In this document: piece after piece, positions 17,197 through 26,920 of the stretch
How the letters are laid out: every line of letters begins with the position of its first letter
Position numbering within the stretch: position 1 is the stretch's first letter
Assembly: GCA_965248055.1 (NCBI GenBank)
Contig: CBDFIJ010000004.1
Coordinates: 1,472,001 to 1,536,000, forward strand
Direction: 5' to 3'
DNA: 64,000 bases
From: Candidatus Multivoradales bacterium
GTDB taxonomy: Bacteria; Acidobacteriota; Thermoanaerobaculia; Multivoradales; JAHEKO01
Notes under the pieces: generated by a model
Told to the model about the DNA's origin: nothing
Database searches by the model: none
The model's input: the letters and a program-made list of their open reading frames with translations, nothing else
Position numbers and translations under genes: made by a program

Positions 17197-18512
17197 CAGC
17201 CTGCTGAAAAACGGGCAACGGAGCTAATTTCAGTGGTCATAACGGTCGAAGTACTTTGAATGTGGAGACGAATCAAGGTGGCTGGCGAGTTGAGGGTGTT
17301 GGTGACCCCTTGGGTCAGCTCTTCGATTCGCCCTACCGGGTGATTCGAGCGATTTGAGGAGCACTTGGGATAGAAATTCGTCATGTTGGCGCGCTCAGAT
17401 TGGCTATTCGGAGCAAGTTAAACGCTGTTGCCGCAAAAGTGAAAGACCAACCGATGCGGGCTACGCCTCGAAACATCGGTCTGCGTTGCAGTCCGTACTG
17501 TTTGAGCCAGCCGAAGGGTGCCTCGACTCTCGGTCGTCTCGCCAAGCTGATCTCGTAACCTGCGTGGCGAGTGGTGCGTCGGTCAATCCGGCTGCGGCGA
17601 TTCTTGGTGCTTTGCGCTACGTGAGGTGTCGCATTCAGCTTCCTCGCATTCTCTACAAACGCTCGGTTGTCATAGCCCTTGTCAGCACCCACCGTGACGC
17701 GATGATTGCTAGCCCGCTGCTCCAGCATGGCCAGAGCCGCTGTTGTCTCACCGTTGCCGGTGACGATGTTGACCTCGGTGTTGACAATCATCCCGTGCCG
17801 GTTCTCGACCAGAATGTTGCCCCGGTAACTTAGTTTTGCTTCCTTACCACGGCCTTTTCGCGACAGCCGAGACTCGGGGTCGGTCGTCGAAGCGTGCGTT
17901 TGGTTCAACCGCTTCTGGCCTCGGAAGTCCGCTCCACCGTCCAGAGGTTTAACCTCTTCGTCCTTTGGCCGAAAGCTCTTGTGCGAAGCCCAAGCCTCGA
18001 TCAGTGTGCCATCAACGCTGAAGTGATCCGGTGACAGCAGATCACGGTCCTCGGCTTGAGACAGCACCGCTGCAAACAGTTCTTCCGCGATCGAACCTTC
18101 GAGCAAGCGCTCTCGGTTCTTGCAAAACGTCGTCGCGTCCCACACCCGCTCGTCGATACCAAGACCGACAAACCAGCGAAATAGAAGGTTGTACTCAAGT
18201 TGCTCCATCAGCTGGCGTTCACTACGCACGCTGAAGAGCACTTGAAGCAGCAATGCGCGGAGCAGACGCTCGGGGGGAATCGAAGGACGACCACTCGAAG
18301 CGTAGATCGTCTCAAAACGCTCCGATAGCTCTCCAAGAGCTTCGTCCATCAAACTTCGGATCCGCCGCAACGGATGAGACCGAGGAATTCGCCGTTCCAG
18401 GTCAACGTAGCTGAACATTGATCCCTGACCTTGATCCGATCCACGCATCAAAACCTCCTATTCCCAATTATAGAATCGTTATGGTCAGGTGGTGGGGTTT
18501 TTCAGCAAGCTC
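17197..18512 (-). mobile_element. Complete IS5-family element with CTAG target duplication
   Basis: TIRs cagcctgctgaaaa / ttttcagcaagctc. CTAG at 17193-17196 and 18513-18516. Confidence 0.92.
17381..18448 (-). CDS. IS5-family transposase
   Basis: GRPSIPPERLLRALLLQ, FSVDGTLIEAWAS, VGADKGYD, RVEAPFGWLK. Confidence 0.95.
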   Translation of the reverse strand: MRGSDQGQGSMFSYVDLERRIPRSHPLRRIRSLMDEALGELSERFETIYASSGRPSIPPERLLRALLLQVLFSVRSERQLMEQLEYNLLFRWFVGLGIDERVWDATTFCKNRERLLEGSIAEELFAAVLSQAEDRDLLSPDHFSVDGTLIEAWASHKSFRPKDEEVKPLDGGADFRGQKRLNQTHASTTDPESRLSRKGRGKEAKLSYRGNILVENRHGMIVNTEVNIVTGNGETTAALAMLEQRASNHRVTVGADKGYDNRAFVENARKLNATPHVAQSTKNRRSRIDRRTTRHAGYEISLARRPRVEAPFGWLKQYGLQRRPMFRGVARIGWSFTFAATAFNLLRIANLSAPT

Positions 18513-18600
18513 CTAGATCGTTGTCCGGTCGCTCCAATAATACAGTGTTGCCAGGTTGGCTGAATAGAGCTCAAATCCACAACTCGTCGCTAATTCGTGC

Positions 18601-18630
18601 GCATAACGGATTGGGCGGGTCAGCTGCAGC
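18601..18630 (-). other. Partial attC site (R' half only)
   Basis: Minus strand ctgcagctgacccgcccaatcc-GTTATGC. No matching R'' half found. Confidence 0.4.
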
Positions 18631-18639
18631 GATGCGCGG

Positions 18640-19227
18640 GTTGCGATCGCCTCTTTCAGGCTATCGAAGATGTTCATCGAGGCTCCCTCCGGGGTTGGAT
18701 TGAGTCGAGCAGGCAACTGGCTAACCGTGGAGAGGCTCCCGATCCCGATCCTGTTCCCTTCTCGCAACCCGGGCTCTTGCCCACAAACTCGCACGAGCCG
18801 CCTACTTCATGATGAGGGATCAAGCGCCTTACCAGCCCGAAAGGCTGTTTGGTTAATGAGATCGAGGCCGCCAACCAGAAAGGTGCTGTGTTAACAACCA
18901 ATCATCTGAGTGGAAGCGGCCTCGATCTCTCTTACTTGCACCGGTGGCGCACGACTCCGTCAACCAACCAGGGGCTGGATCAAGCTACTAGCTCGAAAAC
19001 CATGCGACTGAATCCCTTCTCATGAAAACGGAATCGAGACCAACGGGTTTCTGGGGCACGAGACTGCCTGGGGTACCGAGGACTGATAACTCGACTACCT
19101 AGATCCTGATGAGTGGCTGGAGCGTCATCGACTCCTACTTAATGAGACCCAAAAACTAGCGCTGCCTTTCTTTGATCACTCAATACCGGGACGCCCCCCA
19201 CCCGGAAAGAAAAGATGTACCCCTTGA
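18640..19227 (+). pseudogene. Degraded ORF in inverted orientation within the array
   Basis: Interrupted plus-strand frames ending LDYLDPDEWLERHRLLL..RCTP* just before the attC. Confidence 0.3.
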
Positions 19228-19282
19228 CATAACGCCGCCTAATAAGTGGCACCCTTTCGCCCTTTGCGGCGCATTGTTATCC
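19227..19282 (-). other. attC site (atypical, possibly chimeric)
   Basis: Minus strand GGATAAC...GTTATGT. R'' complements the GTTATCC at the start of the cassette. L boxes do not match each other. Confidence 0.65.
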
Positions 19283-19357
19283 GATGATCCGTCTTAGCTT
19301 TCAAGTTAAATATCTTGTGTTTACAGTTTGCACTAAACAAGGCTTCCTCTAGTTTGC

Positions 19358-19822
19358 CTATGAAGTTGCATCTTGATTCGATTGAACTTTATCCGCGAGC
19401 CCTTCCAGATTACCATCGAGTACCTTTCCCATCATCAATTTCATCATTGTTTGACCTAGTAGCCATCCGAAAGGACCATATTTCACGCTATAGTCCATGC
19501 CCCACGTTACTCTCGTCCGCGCACTATCTAGCGGCTCGACTGACAACTCTGCGTGCATTTCGTTAAGCGGCATTGCTGTCATTTCCGATAAACGGACGCG
19601 ATAACTCTGTTTTTCCTCCCACTGGGTCACCTCTTCCACCACTGAGGTGCCATTGTCGAAATTGCAGCGCCGTTTCGAACCGACCCCGTCTTCGCCGTCG
19701 GTAAGTGCGTCTACAGATTTTATCTGCGGAGCGAACTCATCAATGTGCATGAAGCGACTAATAACCGCCCATACGGCCTCTGGTTTGGCGTCTATATCGA
19801 GAGTTCGTTCATAATGTATCAT
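19358..19822 (-). CDS. SRPBCC / polyketide cyclase family protein (integron cassette 2)
   Basis: IDAKPEAVWAVI, GVGSKRRC, EEVTQW. GAGG RBS. AT-richer than the host. Confidence 0.85.
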   Translation of the reverse strand: MIHYERTLDIDAKPEAVWAVISRFMHIDEFAPQIKSVDALTDGEDGVGSKRRCNFDNGTSVVEEVTQWEEKQSYRVRLSEMTAMPLNEMHAELSVEPLDSARTRVTWGMDYSVKYGPFGWLLGQTMMKLMMGKVLDGNLEGLADKVQSNQDATS

Positions 19823-19882
19823 TTTGATTCCTCAAATGGTTTACTTGTTGGGTTCAACTCTAAGAACCAGTTTTTTTAGTTC

Positions 19883-19945
19883 GGATAACGCCTTGCCGAT
19901 CAGCGGCGGCCCGGAGGGCCGTCCGTCTGCATCGGCTTGTTGGGC
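19883..19945 (-). other. attC site
   Basis: GCCCAAC-AAGCC-GATGCAGA-stem-GCTGATC-GGCAAGGC-GTTATCC, with the extra-helical G in L''. Confidence 0.88.
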
Positions 19946-19960
19946 GGGCAACCCACGTTG

Positions 19961-20734
19961 CTAGGCCCGTCGCAAGACCCAGATGGCACAGAGCACTTCC
20001 GTACCGAGAATCTGCGTCTCACGTTCCTGCCTCGCCACATACTCGTCAATCAACTGCTCGAAGGCGGGATGGCTTGCTCTGACGAGACTCGCCCTCTGTC
20101 GGATCAGGTCGGTGTTCCTCTGGTTGACCGACCGTGTCTGCTCCGTCGGGCAGATGACTTCCTGGGCCACCACGTCACCACAGGCCGTCAATCGGCGAAG
20201 TGTCTCCGAGTGACCAGCATATCCTTCAGCCCCCGGCAGACGCGCCACACCGTCCGCCAGGAAGCCCTCCTCGATTACGATGTACCCGCCCGCGCGAACC
20301 AGCCTCCGAAGGCCTGCAATGGTCTGCTCATAGTCCCCCAACACAGGCCCGACGCTCAACAGGAGGACCACATCGTACTGCTCTTCCTGCCCGAGCAGAT
20401 TCCGAATGTCTCCCTGCTCGAAGCGACATCTATGGGAGACACCTCGCTCCGTCGCTAGCGCCAGCGCAGCCTGCAGAAACGGCTGGAAGGCGTCGATGCC
20501 CTCGACTCGGGCGCCCAGCTGCTCAGCAAGGGCCACGGCCACCGCGCCCTTCCCGCAGGCCAGATCGAGAACGGTGGAATCCGGCTCCACTCCAACCGAC
20601 TCGAGAGCGGAAACAACCTGTTCGGCCGAAGGACCCAACTCCCACAGGTCGGTCAGGAGCTCTGGTAGGAGGGGCAAAAGCCGTACGTCGGTCTCCATCG
20701 CTTGCGCGACCGACTCGTCCAGGTCCAGGGTCAT
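19961..20734 (-). CDS. Class I SAM-dependent methyltransferase (integron cassette 1)
   Basis: [28 protein letters not shown]. Confidence 0.88.
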   Translation of the reverse strand: MTLDLDESVAQAMETDVRLLPLLPELLTDLWELGPSAEQVVSALESVGVEPDSTVLDLACGKGAVAVALAEQLGARVEGIDAFQPFLQAALALATERGVSHRCRFEQGDIRNLLGQEEQYDVVLLLSVGPVLGDYEQTIAGLRRLVRAGGYIVIEEGFLADGVARLPGAEGYAGHSETLRRLTACGDVVAQEVICPTEQTRSVNQRNTDLIRQRASLVRASHPAFEQLIDEYVARQERETQILGTEVLCAIWVLRRA

Positions 20735-20761
20735 CCTAAAAACTCCATCCGGCGCGGCTCC

Positions 20762-20800
20762 GTCCAACATCCAATGGACCGAAACATTGCTGTACAGTAC
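20762..20800 (-). other. Putative attI site
   Basis: GTTGGAC core on the minus strand (20768-20762), between the first cassette and intI. Nearly complementary to the GCCCAAC of cassette 1. Confidence 0.6.
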
Positions 20801-20815
20801 GTAAATGAGCGTGCT

Positions 20816-21805
20816 ATGTCAATGTTGAAGCGAGCGCCTGGTGAACTTGCAAAGATGGTCCACGAGGTGGCGCGCATACGGCACTTGAGTCCGCGCACGG
20901 AGAATGCATACCTGGGCTGGATCAAGCGATTCGTCAGGTTTCACGACCTTAAACACCCTCTCGACCTCGAAGAACCGGCGGTGCCGTCATTTCTTGGCCA
21001 TTTGGCCGTTAGCCGAAAGGTCTCTGCCTCTACCCAGAACCAAGCCCTAAACGCGCTGGTGTTTTTGTACCGGGATGTACTCAAACGCCCGCTGGACACG
21101 CTGGATGATTTTCCTAGAGCTCGACGCAAGAAGACCCTCCCAACGGTTCTATCGCGCCGCGAGATCCAGCTATTGCTGACCGAACTGACAGGTGTCCACT
21201 GGCTGTTCACAGCGCTTGCCTATGGGGGAGGATTGCGCGTCAGCGAACTGGTGCAACTGCGAGTTAAAGACCTTGATCTGGATACCCTCCGCATCACGGT
21301 GCGTTCGGGAAAGGGAGACAAGGACCGGCTGACGCTGATTGCCAAACAAGCGAAATTGCCGCTGCAGGAACGTCTGGATCGTCTCCGCCAACAATTTGGA
21401 AACCACCCACGGGTGGCGGTCGCAATCCCGCAAGCACTAGCTCGCAAGTATCCCTACGCGGGAACCCAGTGGCCTTGGCAGTATCTGTTCCCTTCTACCA
21501 AAGTACACATTGTTGAGGGAACCCAGATGCGATACCACGCCTCAACCGCGACAGTGCAAAACGGACTGGCTCGAGCCGCCGCATCGGTGGGCATCGGGAA
21601 AAGAGTGACGCCTCACGTGTTGCGACACTCTTTCGCCACCCACCTGGTTGAGGACGGCATCGACATCCGAACGATTCAACGACTACTGGGACACGCAGAC
21701 CTTCGCACCACCATGATCTATACACAACTTGCGACCTCCCCGGAACTGCACAGTCCGCTAGACGCCCTTGGAGATGGCGCGTCACCACCACAGTGGGTCC
21801 TTTGA
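20816..21805 (+). CDS. intI: Integron integrase
   Basis: [33 protein letters not shown], IntI-specific [37 protein letters not shown]. Confidence 0.93.
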   Translation: MSMLKRAPGELAKMVHEVARIRHLSPRTENAYLGWIKRFVRFHDLKHPLDLEEPAVPSFLGHLAVSRKVSASTQNQALNALVFLYRDVLKRPLDTLDDFPRARRKKTLPTVLSRREIQLLLTELTGVHWLFTALAYGGGLRVSELVQLRVKDLDLDTLRITVRSGKGDKDRLTLIAKQAKLPLQERLDRLRQQFGNHPRVAVAIPQALARKYPYAGTQWPWQYLFPSTKVHIVEGTQMRYHASTATVQNGLARAAASVGIGKRVTPHVLRHSFATHLVEDGIDIRTIQRLLGHADLRTTMIYTQLATSPELHSPLDALGDGASPPQWVL

Positions 21806-21887
21806 TGTTTGCAGGCTGGCCGTGATCTGAGTGCCCGGTAGGCCTAACGGGCTTTGTGGACTCTCGGCAATCGAGTAGATTCACCGT

Positions 21888-23432
21888 GTGTCCAACTGGC
21901 TCAACATTGCTGACGAATTCTTGACTGCTAACGCAACAGGCGATCGTCGTGACCGTGCTGCGATCCTGACCACTGACCGCACCTGGACCTACGGCGAAGT
22001 CGACGAACTCGCCAATCGCTACGCCAACGCCCTGACCCACGCCGGCCTGCGCCGAGAGGAGCGGGTGTTGCTAGCGATGGCGGACGGGGCCTCTTGGGTG
22101 GGAGCGTTTTTCGGCATCTTGAAGGCCGGGGGTGTGGTGGTGATGGTGAATCCGCACCTAGCCACGGAAAACCTGACCCGGATCTTTGACTACGTTGCTG
22201 CACCGTGGGGGCTGGTGGATTCGGGAGTGCGGGATTCCTTTGCCGCAGCTGCCGCTGCCGCGGAAACCGCGCCGCAACTGCTCCTTGTCGGCGAGGATCT
22301 CGACCCCGAAAATCCATCGTCGGATACCGACTTCGCTACCGTACCCAGCCACATCGACGACCCAGCCATTTTCCTTTTCTCCGGCGGAACGACCGGACTG
22401 CCGAAGGCGGTGGTGCAGACGCATCGCTCGTTTCTCAATACCACCCGTCTCTACGCCCAGCGGACGCTGGGCTACAACGCCGACGACATCACCCTGGCGG
22501 TGCCCAAGCTGTTTTTTGGTTATGCCACCGGGTCGAGCCTGCTGTTTCCCTTTTCGGTCGGGGCGTCGACGGTTCTCTTTCCCGAGCACCCTACGCCTGA
22601 GGTGCTGTTTGACCACATCGAGCACTTTCGCCCGACCATTCTGATCAACGTGCCCAAGATGATTCACCAGATGGTGCAGGCGGCTGCGGAGCGCGAGCAG
22701 CCGGTGGACGCCAGCTCTCTGCGTTTTGCTACCTCGGCCGGGGAAGCTCTACCCGAACCCCTGCATCAAAAATGGAACCAGGCTTTCGGTTGCGATCTCT
22801 ACGACGGACTGGGGACTGCCGAGATGTGGCATGTGTTTTTGACCAATCGACCAGGAGCGGTTCGGCCAGGCACTTTGGGGCAACCGGTCGAAGGGTTCGA
22901 TGTCCGGGTGCGCGACGAACAGGGACACAATCTCAAGTCGGGTGAAATCGGCCGTCTTTGGGTTGCGGGCGAGTCACGAGCGATCGGCTACTGGCGCAAC
23001 GCGGCCAAATCAGCCGAGGCGTTTCGTGGACGCTGGTTTGTCGGTGGAGATTTGGTCAGCCGTGATGCAGATGGTTTCTTCACCTACCACGGCCGTTCGG
23101 ATGACGTGCTCAAGGTATCGGGGAAATGGCTAGCTCCCAAAGAGGTGGAAGACTGCTTGGTCGCCCACCCAGAGATTCAACGCTGTGCGGTGGTCGGCAT
23201 CGAGGACAGTGCCGGGCTTACCCAGCCCTGTGCCTTTGTTCTGGCGGCGTCAAAAGCTGACCTCTCCGAACAGGCGGTCAAGGATTACGTGCTAGCGCGG
23301 CTCGAGCCCTATAAACATCCGCGCAGAGTGGTGTTTGTTGACGAGTTCCCGCTCACTCACCTGGGTAAAATCGACCGCGGCAAGTTGCGCTCAGGTTTGC
23401 AGGGGACACAATACCCGAAACCTATTCCTTGA
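21888..23432 (+). CDS. Benzoate-CoA ligase family (probable 2-aminobenzoate-CoA ligase)
   Basis: FSGGTTGLPK, PKLFFGYA, SAGEALP, DGLGTAEMWHVF, GRSDDVLKVSG. Confidence 0.88.
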   Translation: MSNWLNIADEFLTANATGDRRDRAAILTTDRTWTYGEVDELANRYANALTHAGLRREERVLLAMADGASWVGAFFGILKAGGVVVMVNPHLATENLTRIFDYVAAPWGLVDSGVRDSFAAAAAAAETAPQLLLVGEDLDPENPSSDTDFATVPSHIDDPAIFLFSGGTTGLPKAVVQTHRSFLNTTRLYAQRTLGYNADDITLAVPKLFFGYATGSSLLFPFSVGASTVLFPEHPTPEVLFDHIEHFRPTILINVPKMIHQMVQAAAEREQPVDASSLRFATSAGEALPEPLHQKWNQAFGCDLYDGLGTAEMWHVFLTNRPGAVRPGTLGQPVEGFDVRVRDEQGHNLKSGEIGRLWVAGESRAIGYWRNAAKSAEAFRGRWFVGGDLVSRDADGFFTYHGRSDDVLKVSGKWLAPKEVEDCLVAHPEIQRCAVVGIEDSAGLTQPCAFVLAASKADLSEQAVKDYVLARLEPYKHPRRVVFVDEFPLTHLGKIDRGKLRSGLQGTQYPKPIP

Positions 23433-23481
23433 CCGGGACGAAATAGAGATTGTGTCCCCTCTCAATCATCCTGTGTCCCCT
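23401..23481. repeat. GGGGACAC/GTGTCCCC REP-like palindrome cluster A
   Basis: aggggacacaat (23401), attgtgtcccct (23449), tgtgtcccct (23472). Confidence 0.8.
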
Positions 23482-23482
23482 C

Positions 23483-23776
23483 CTACGAGTCGCTCAAATC
23501 GAGTTCGATTCCACCGGTGAAGCGGACGGTGAAGTTGTAGATGAAGGCCCCAATCATCCAGACGATCGCCCCGATGACGCCGTAGAACAGCGGCATAATG
23601 ATGATGGCGCCAACCCCGAATAGCGCTCCAATGATCGCAGGCTCATCTCCGCCGCCGAAAGCGGCTCCGGCCATCGCAACCAGCGAAAAGATCGCTCCGA
23701 AAATCAACCCCATGATTCCGTAAATCACCGCAGCTGTTTTTCCGGCAGACATAACACCAATTCTTTGCAGTTTCAT
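23483..23776 (-). CDS. DUF3566-like small membrane protein
   Basis: RIGVMSAGK..IYNFTVRFTGGIEL. AGGAGG RBS. Confidence 0.75.
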   Translation of the reverse strand: MKLQRIGVMSAGKTAAVIYGIMGLIFGAIFSLVAMAGAAFGGGDEPAIIGALFGVGAIIIMPLFYGVIGAIVWMIGAFIYNFTVRFTGGIELDLSDS

Positions 23777-23840
23777 GGTTCCTCCTGGTTTCCTTCTGTT
23801 CTTCCCTAACGCTAGTTCCTAGCCTAGCGTGAAACTTCCC

Positions 23841-24281
23841 TCAGGTTTTGTGATTCAAGCGCGTCGAATAGTTCGCCAAGCACTCTCGCAGCCAATCAGG
23901 CAACGGCACCTTCTCGAAGGTGTCCAGGTTGATGTTTACCGTAACCACTCTGCCGCGCGCATGGAGATCCGGCGATCCCTTGGTGTAGACCTGATAGTCC
24001 CAAGTCACTGCAGTCTCTCCAATATGCCCGATCTCGACCTCGATCTCGACTTTATCCCCGTAGCGCAGCGGGATGCGAAAGTCGACGTCCAGATGCACCG
24101 TGGGATGGCCCAAGCGATGCTCGTTCATCACGGTTGGATAATCCAGGCCGACGACATCGCGGAAAAACTGCTCCATAGCAACGTGAAAGTAGTGAACAAA
24201 TCGGGGGTAGTAGACGATTCGCGCTTGGTCGATATCGCCGAACTGGACGTCTAGGTGGGCGCGGTAGGGGGGGTGGCTCAT
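23841..24281 (-). CDS. Acyl-CoA thioesterase (4HBT/YbgC family)
   Basis: VQFGDIDQARIVYYPRFVHYF. Confidence 0.9.
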   Translation of the reverse strand: MSHPPYRAHLDVQFGDIDQARIVYYPRFVHYFHVAMEQFFRDVVGLDYPTVMNEHRLGHPTVHLDVDFRIPLRYGDKVEIEVEIGHIGETAVTWDYQVYTKGSPDLHARGRVVTVNINLDTFEKVPLPDWLRECLANYSTRLNHKT

Positions 24282-24312
24282 GTATCGGGAAGTGTATCCG
24301 TTGGGGCAGGCT

Positions 24313-25449
24313 TTATGCCCGCCCCAACGAGGACCGGAAGGCTTTCAATTTGTCAACAAAATCGGAGTCGCGAAGCCTAAGCTCTTCAAGGTCGATTTGG
24401 CCGGAGCGCCCCATCAAACTGGCGACGAACTCCAGTGGGGGTAAATCGATGCGTTGGTCACAGGTCTCAAACCAAGAGCGACTGACCTCCGCCACTTCCT
24501 GCAGCCGATCGGCGCTGGGGCGCCGAGCTTGTTCATAAGCCGCGATCGCCCGCGCCACGTCGGACTCAGCAGCGAGCGCATCAACCAAGGCAATTGCATC
24601 TTCCATCGCCAGTTTGGTCCCAGAGCCGATCGAGAAGTGCGCGGTGTGGGCTGCGTCGCCCAAGAACACTGTGTTGCCCACTCCCCACCGACCACAACGC
24701 ACGGTAGGGAAACGTCGCCAAACTGAGCGGTTGGTGAGCAAGGCATGACCGTCGAGATGGTCAGCAAAAATCTCTTGGCAAAACTTGACCGTGTCTTGCT
24801 CGCTGGCTTGGTCCAAACCCGCAGCTCGCCAAGCGCTCTCGGTACACTCGACGATCCAAGTGGCGTGGTCGCTGGAAAACGGATAAGCGTGTACCTGAAA
24901 TAAGCCCCACTCGGTGGGTTGGAAGACAAAGGTAAATGCCTTGAGAGGCAGACTCGTACCGAGCCATGAAAATCGCGAAGCCCCCATTTCCACAGCCGCA
25001 CCCAAAGCTTCTGCGTGGCTACGACGCAAACCACTGTTTACCCCGTCCGCACCGATTACTAGATCGGCTTGCTCAAGATCTTCCGCCGTAACCTCGGATT
25101 CAAAGTGGAGGTCAACGCCCACCTCCTGGCAGCGCTGCTGCAGAATCAACAGCAACCTTCGACGTGAAATGGCAAAAAACGAATGCCCGCGGCATTCGAT
25201 CCATTGGTCCGGTACCCAGGTGTGAATCGCATCCCACGAACGAAACTCGGCGGTGATCGCCCGATGGCTTTCACGGTCCGCTCTCCGGAAATTGGACAAG
25301 GTCGCCCCAGAGAACACCACCCCCCAGCCGAAGGTGTCGTCAGCCCGGTTACGCTCGTAGACTCGAACTTTCGCGCCGGGATCCTGCTTCTTCAAAAGCA
25401 AAGCACTGTAAAGACCAGCCGGACCTCCGCCGATTACGTTGACTTTCAT
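24313..25449 (-). CDS. FAD-dependent monooxygenase (N-terminal half of 2-aminobenzoyl-CoA monooxygenase / salicylyl-CoA 5-hydroxylase)
   Basis: IGGGPAGLY, ERNRADDTFGWGVVFS, GDAAHTAHFSIGSGTKLAMEDAI. Confidence 0.9.
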   Translation of the reverse strand: MKVNVIGGGPAGLYSALLLKKQDPGAKVRVYERNRADDTFGWGVVFSGATLSNFRRADRESHRAITAEFRSWDAIHTWVPDQWIECRGHSFFAISRRRLLLILQQRCQEVGVDLHFESEVTAEDLEQADLVIGADGVNSGLRRSHAEALGAAVEMGASRFSWLGTSLPLKAFTFVFQPTEWGLFQVHAYPFSSDHATWIVECTESAWRAAGLDQASEQDTVKFCQEIFADHLDGHALLTNRSVWRRFPTVRCGRWGVGNTVFLGDAAHTAHFSIGSGTKLAMEDAIALVDALAAESDVARAIAAYEQARRPSADRLQEVAEVSRSWFETCDQRIDLPPLEFVASLMGRSGQIDLEELRLRDSDFVDKLKAFRSSLGRA

Positions 25450-25456
25450 CGTTCGC

Positions 25457-26920
25457 TCAATTCCCAGACATTTCTGGCTCCGTCCACTGAGGGGCCGTCA
25501 ATCTTCGCTTGCCGTCGCTGCTCAGCTTCAGTTGGGGTTCGTCCAAAGCCTCCCGATCCCACAACTGGCAAGTGACCTGCTTGTGTTTCTGGTCAAGTCC
25601 TTCGCAGTAGTTGGTAAATACGCAACGCCGAACCTGATCGCCGTGCCCCAGGCGAACCTTGCGAAACCAATCTGGGTCCGCCAACGACTGTCGCGCGGAA
25701 GCGACAATGTCCGCTTCGCCGCGAATCAGAACCTCTTCGGCTTGCTCAAAGGTGGCAATTCCACCTGCGGCTACCACCGGGGTCGAATGGCCAGCCCTGC
25801 GAACCGCAGCGCGAATCGCCGCCACCGACGACAGGTTGCGGCCAAACGGACCCTGTTCGTCTGACACCACCGTCGGCATGCACTCATAACCAGAGCGGCC
25901 AGTGTAGGGATAGGCCGACCAGCCAATTTTCGGCTGCTGAGCGTCTTCAAACTTTCCGCCGCGCGACAACGACAAGAAATCCATTCCAGCGCCAGAGAAC
26001 TCGACTCCGAAATACACCGCGTCTGCGACCTCACCACCGCCATCGATACATTCATCGGCGAGGTATCGGCAGCCCACCGGGTAGTCACCACCAACTTCGT
26101 CCCGAACCGCTGCTAACACCTCCAAGGGCAGCCGAACGCGGTTCTCCCGTGATCCACCGTAACCATCAGCGCGGGTGTTTAACGGTGAGAGAAACGAGGC
26201 CATGGTGTAGGCGTGGGCGTAGTGCAGCTCGACGCCATCGAAACCGGCAGCGCGGGCCCGCCCGGAGGCGGCAGAAAACAGTCCAGGTAAGGTCTGAGGG
26301 AGTTCTGCGATGTGTTGCAGATGGGTGTCGGTCACCCGCTCTCGGTGACCGAAGCGCAATGCTTCCAGCTCACCGAGAGTCAGGGAAGCCTCGATCAGAT
26401 CATCCGGGGCATCCAGCAATGCTGATCGCACTGCCTGATCATCGGTCTCTCCCACCACCTTGCGATGTCGGTCGGTGATTTCTAGATAACGGAGAAAGTA
26501 CTTCTCAGGGTCCGGGCGGCGGCGAATCGCCAAGAAGTCGATCAACTGGATCAGTAGCCGAGTGTGACCCTGACTCGCTTGACGAACCACCTTCACCAAT
26601 TCTTGTAGTCCTGGAATGAACCGATCATGGCCGATGCGCAACAGGGGTCCACTGGGGACATCCCGAATTCCGGTCGCTTCCACCACAATCGCACCGGGCT
26701 GTCCCTCAGCAAATCTCTGGTACCACGCCAGTAAGTCGTCGGTTACCTCTCCATCCTCGGTCGCCCGCCAGGGAACCATCGCTGGCACCCAGGTGCGCTG
26801 CTCCAGCTCGACCGAGCCTACAGAGACCGGTGAAAAGACCTGGGAACCTTCAGCAATCTCCTTAGAGGGCCATTCTGTCTCCAACAACTCGTGGCGGATG
26901 CGCTGTGGTGGCTTCCACAC
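25457..26920 (-). CDS. NADH:flavin oxidoreductase (Old Yellow Enzyme family)
   Basis: AGFDGVELHYAHAY, NTRADGYGGSRENRVR, ARQSLADPDW, C-terminal C-x4-C motif. Confidence 0.88.
   Translation of the reverse strand: MWKPPQRIRHELLETEWPSKEIAEGSQVFSPVSVGSVELEQRTWVPAMVPWRATEDGEVTDDLLAWYQRFAEGQPGAIVVEATGIRDVPSGPLLRIGHDRFIPGLQELVKVVRQASQGHTRLLIQLIDFLAIRRRPDPEKYFLRYLEITDRHRKVVGETDDQAVRSALLDAPDDLIEASLTLGELEALRFGHRERVTDTHLQHIAELPQTLPGLFSAASGRARAAGFDGVELHYAHAYTMASFLSPLNTRADGYGGSRENRVRLPLEVLAAVRDEVGGDYPVGCRYLADECIDGGGEVADAVYFGVEFSGAGMDFLSLSRGGKFEDAQQPKIGWSAYPYTGRSGYECMPTVVSDEQGPFGRNLSSVAAIRAAVRRAGHSTPVVAAGGIATFEQAEEVLIRGEADIVASARQSLADPDWFRKVRLGHGDQVRRCVFTNYCEGLDQKHKQVTCQLWDREALDEPQLKLSSDGKRRLTAPQWTEPEMSGN

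Noticed and set aside
20786-20810. LexA box upstream of intI
   Set aside because: Only a short CTGTACAG palindrome is present. It fits neither CTGT-N8-ACAG nor GTTC-N7-GTTC.
22921-22934. agggacacaatctc inside the ligase as another REP-like copy
   Set aside because: It is a single copy within coding sequence with no partner arm. It may be chance, although it matches 13 bases of cluster B.
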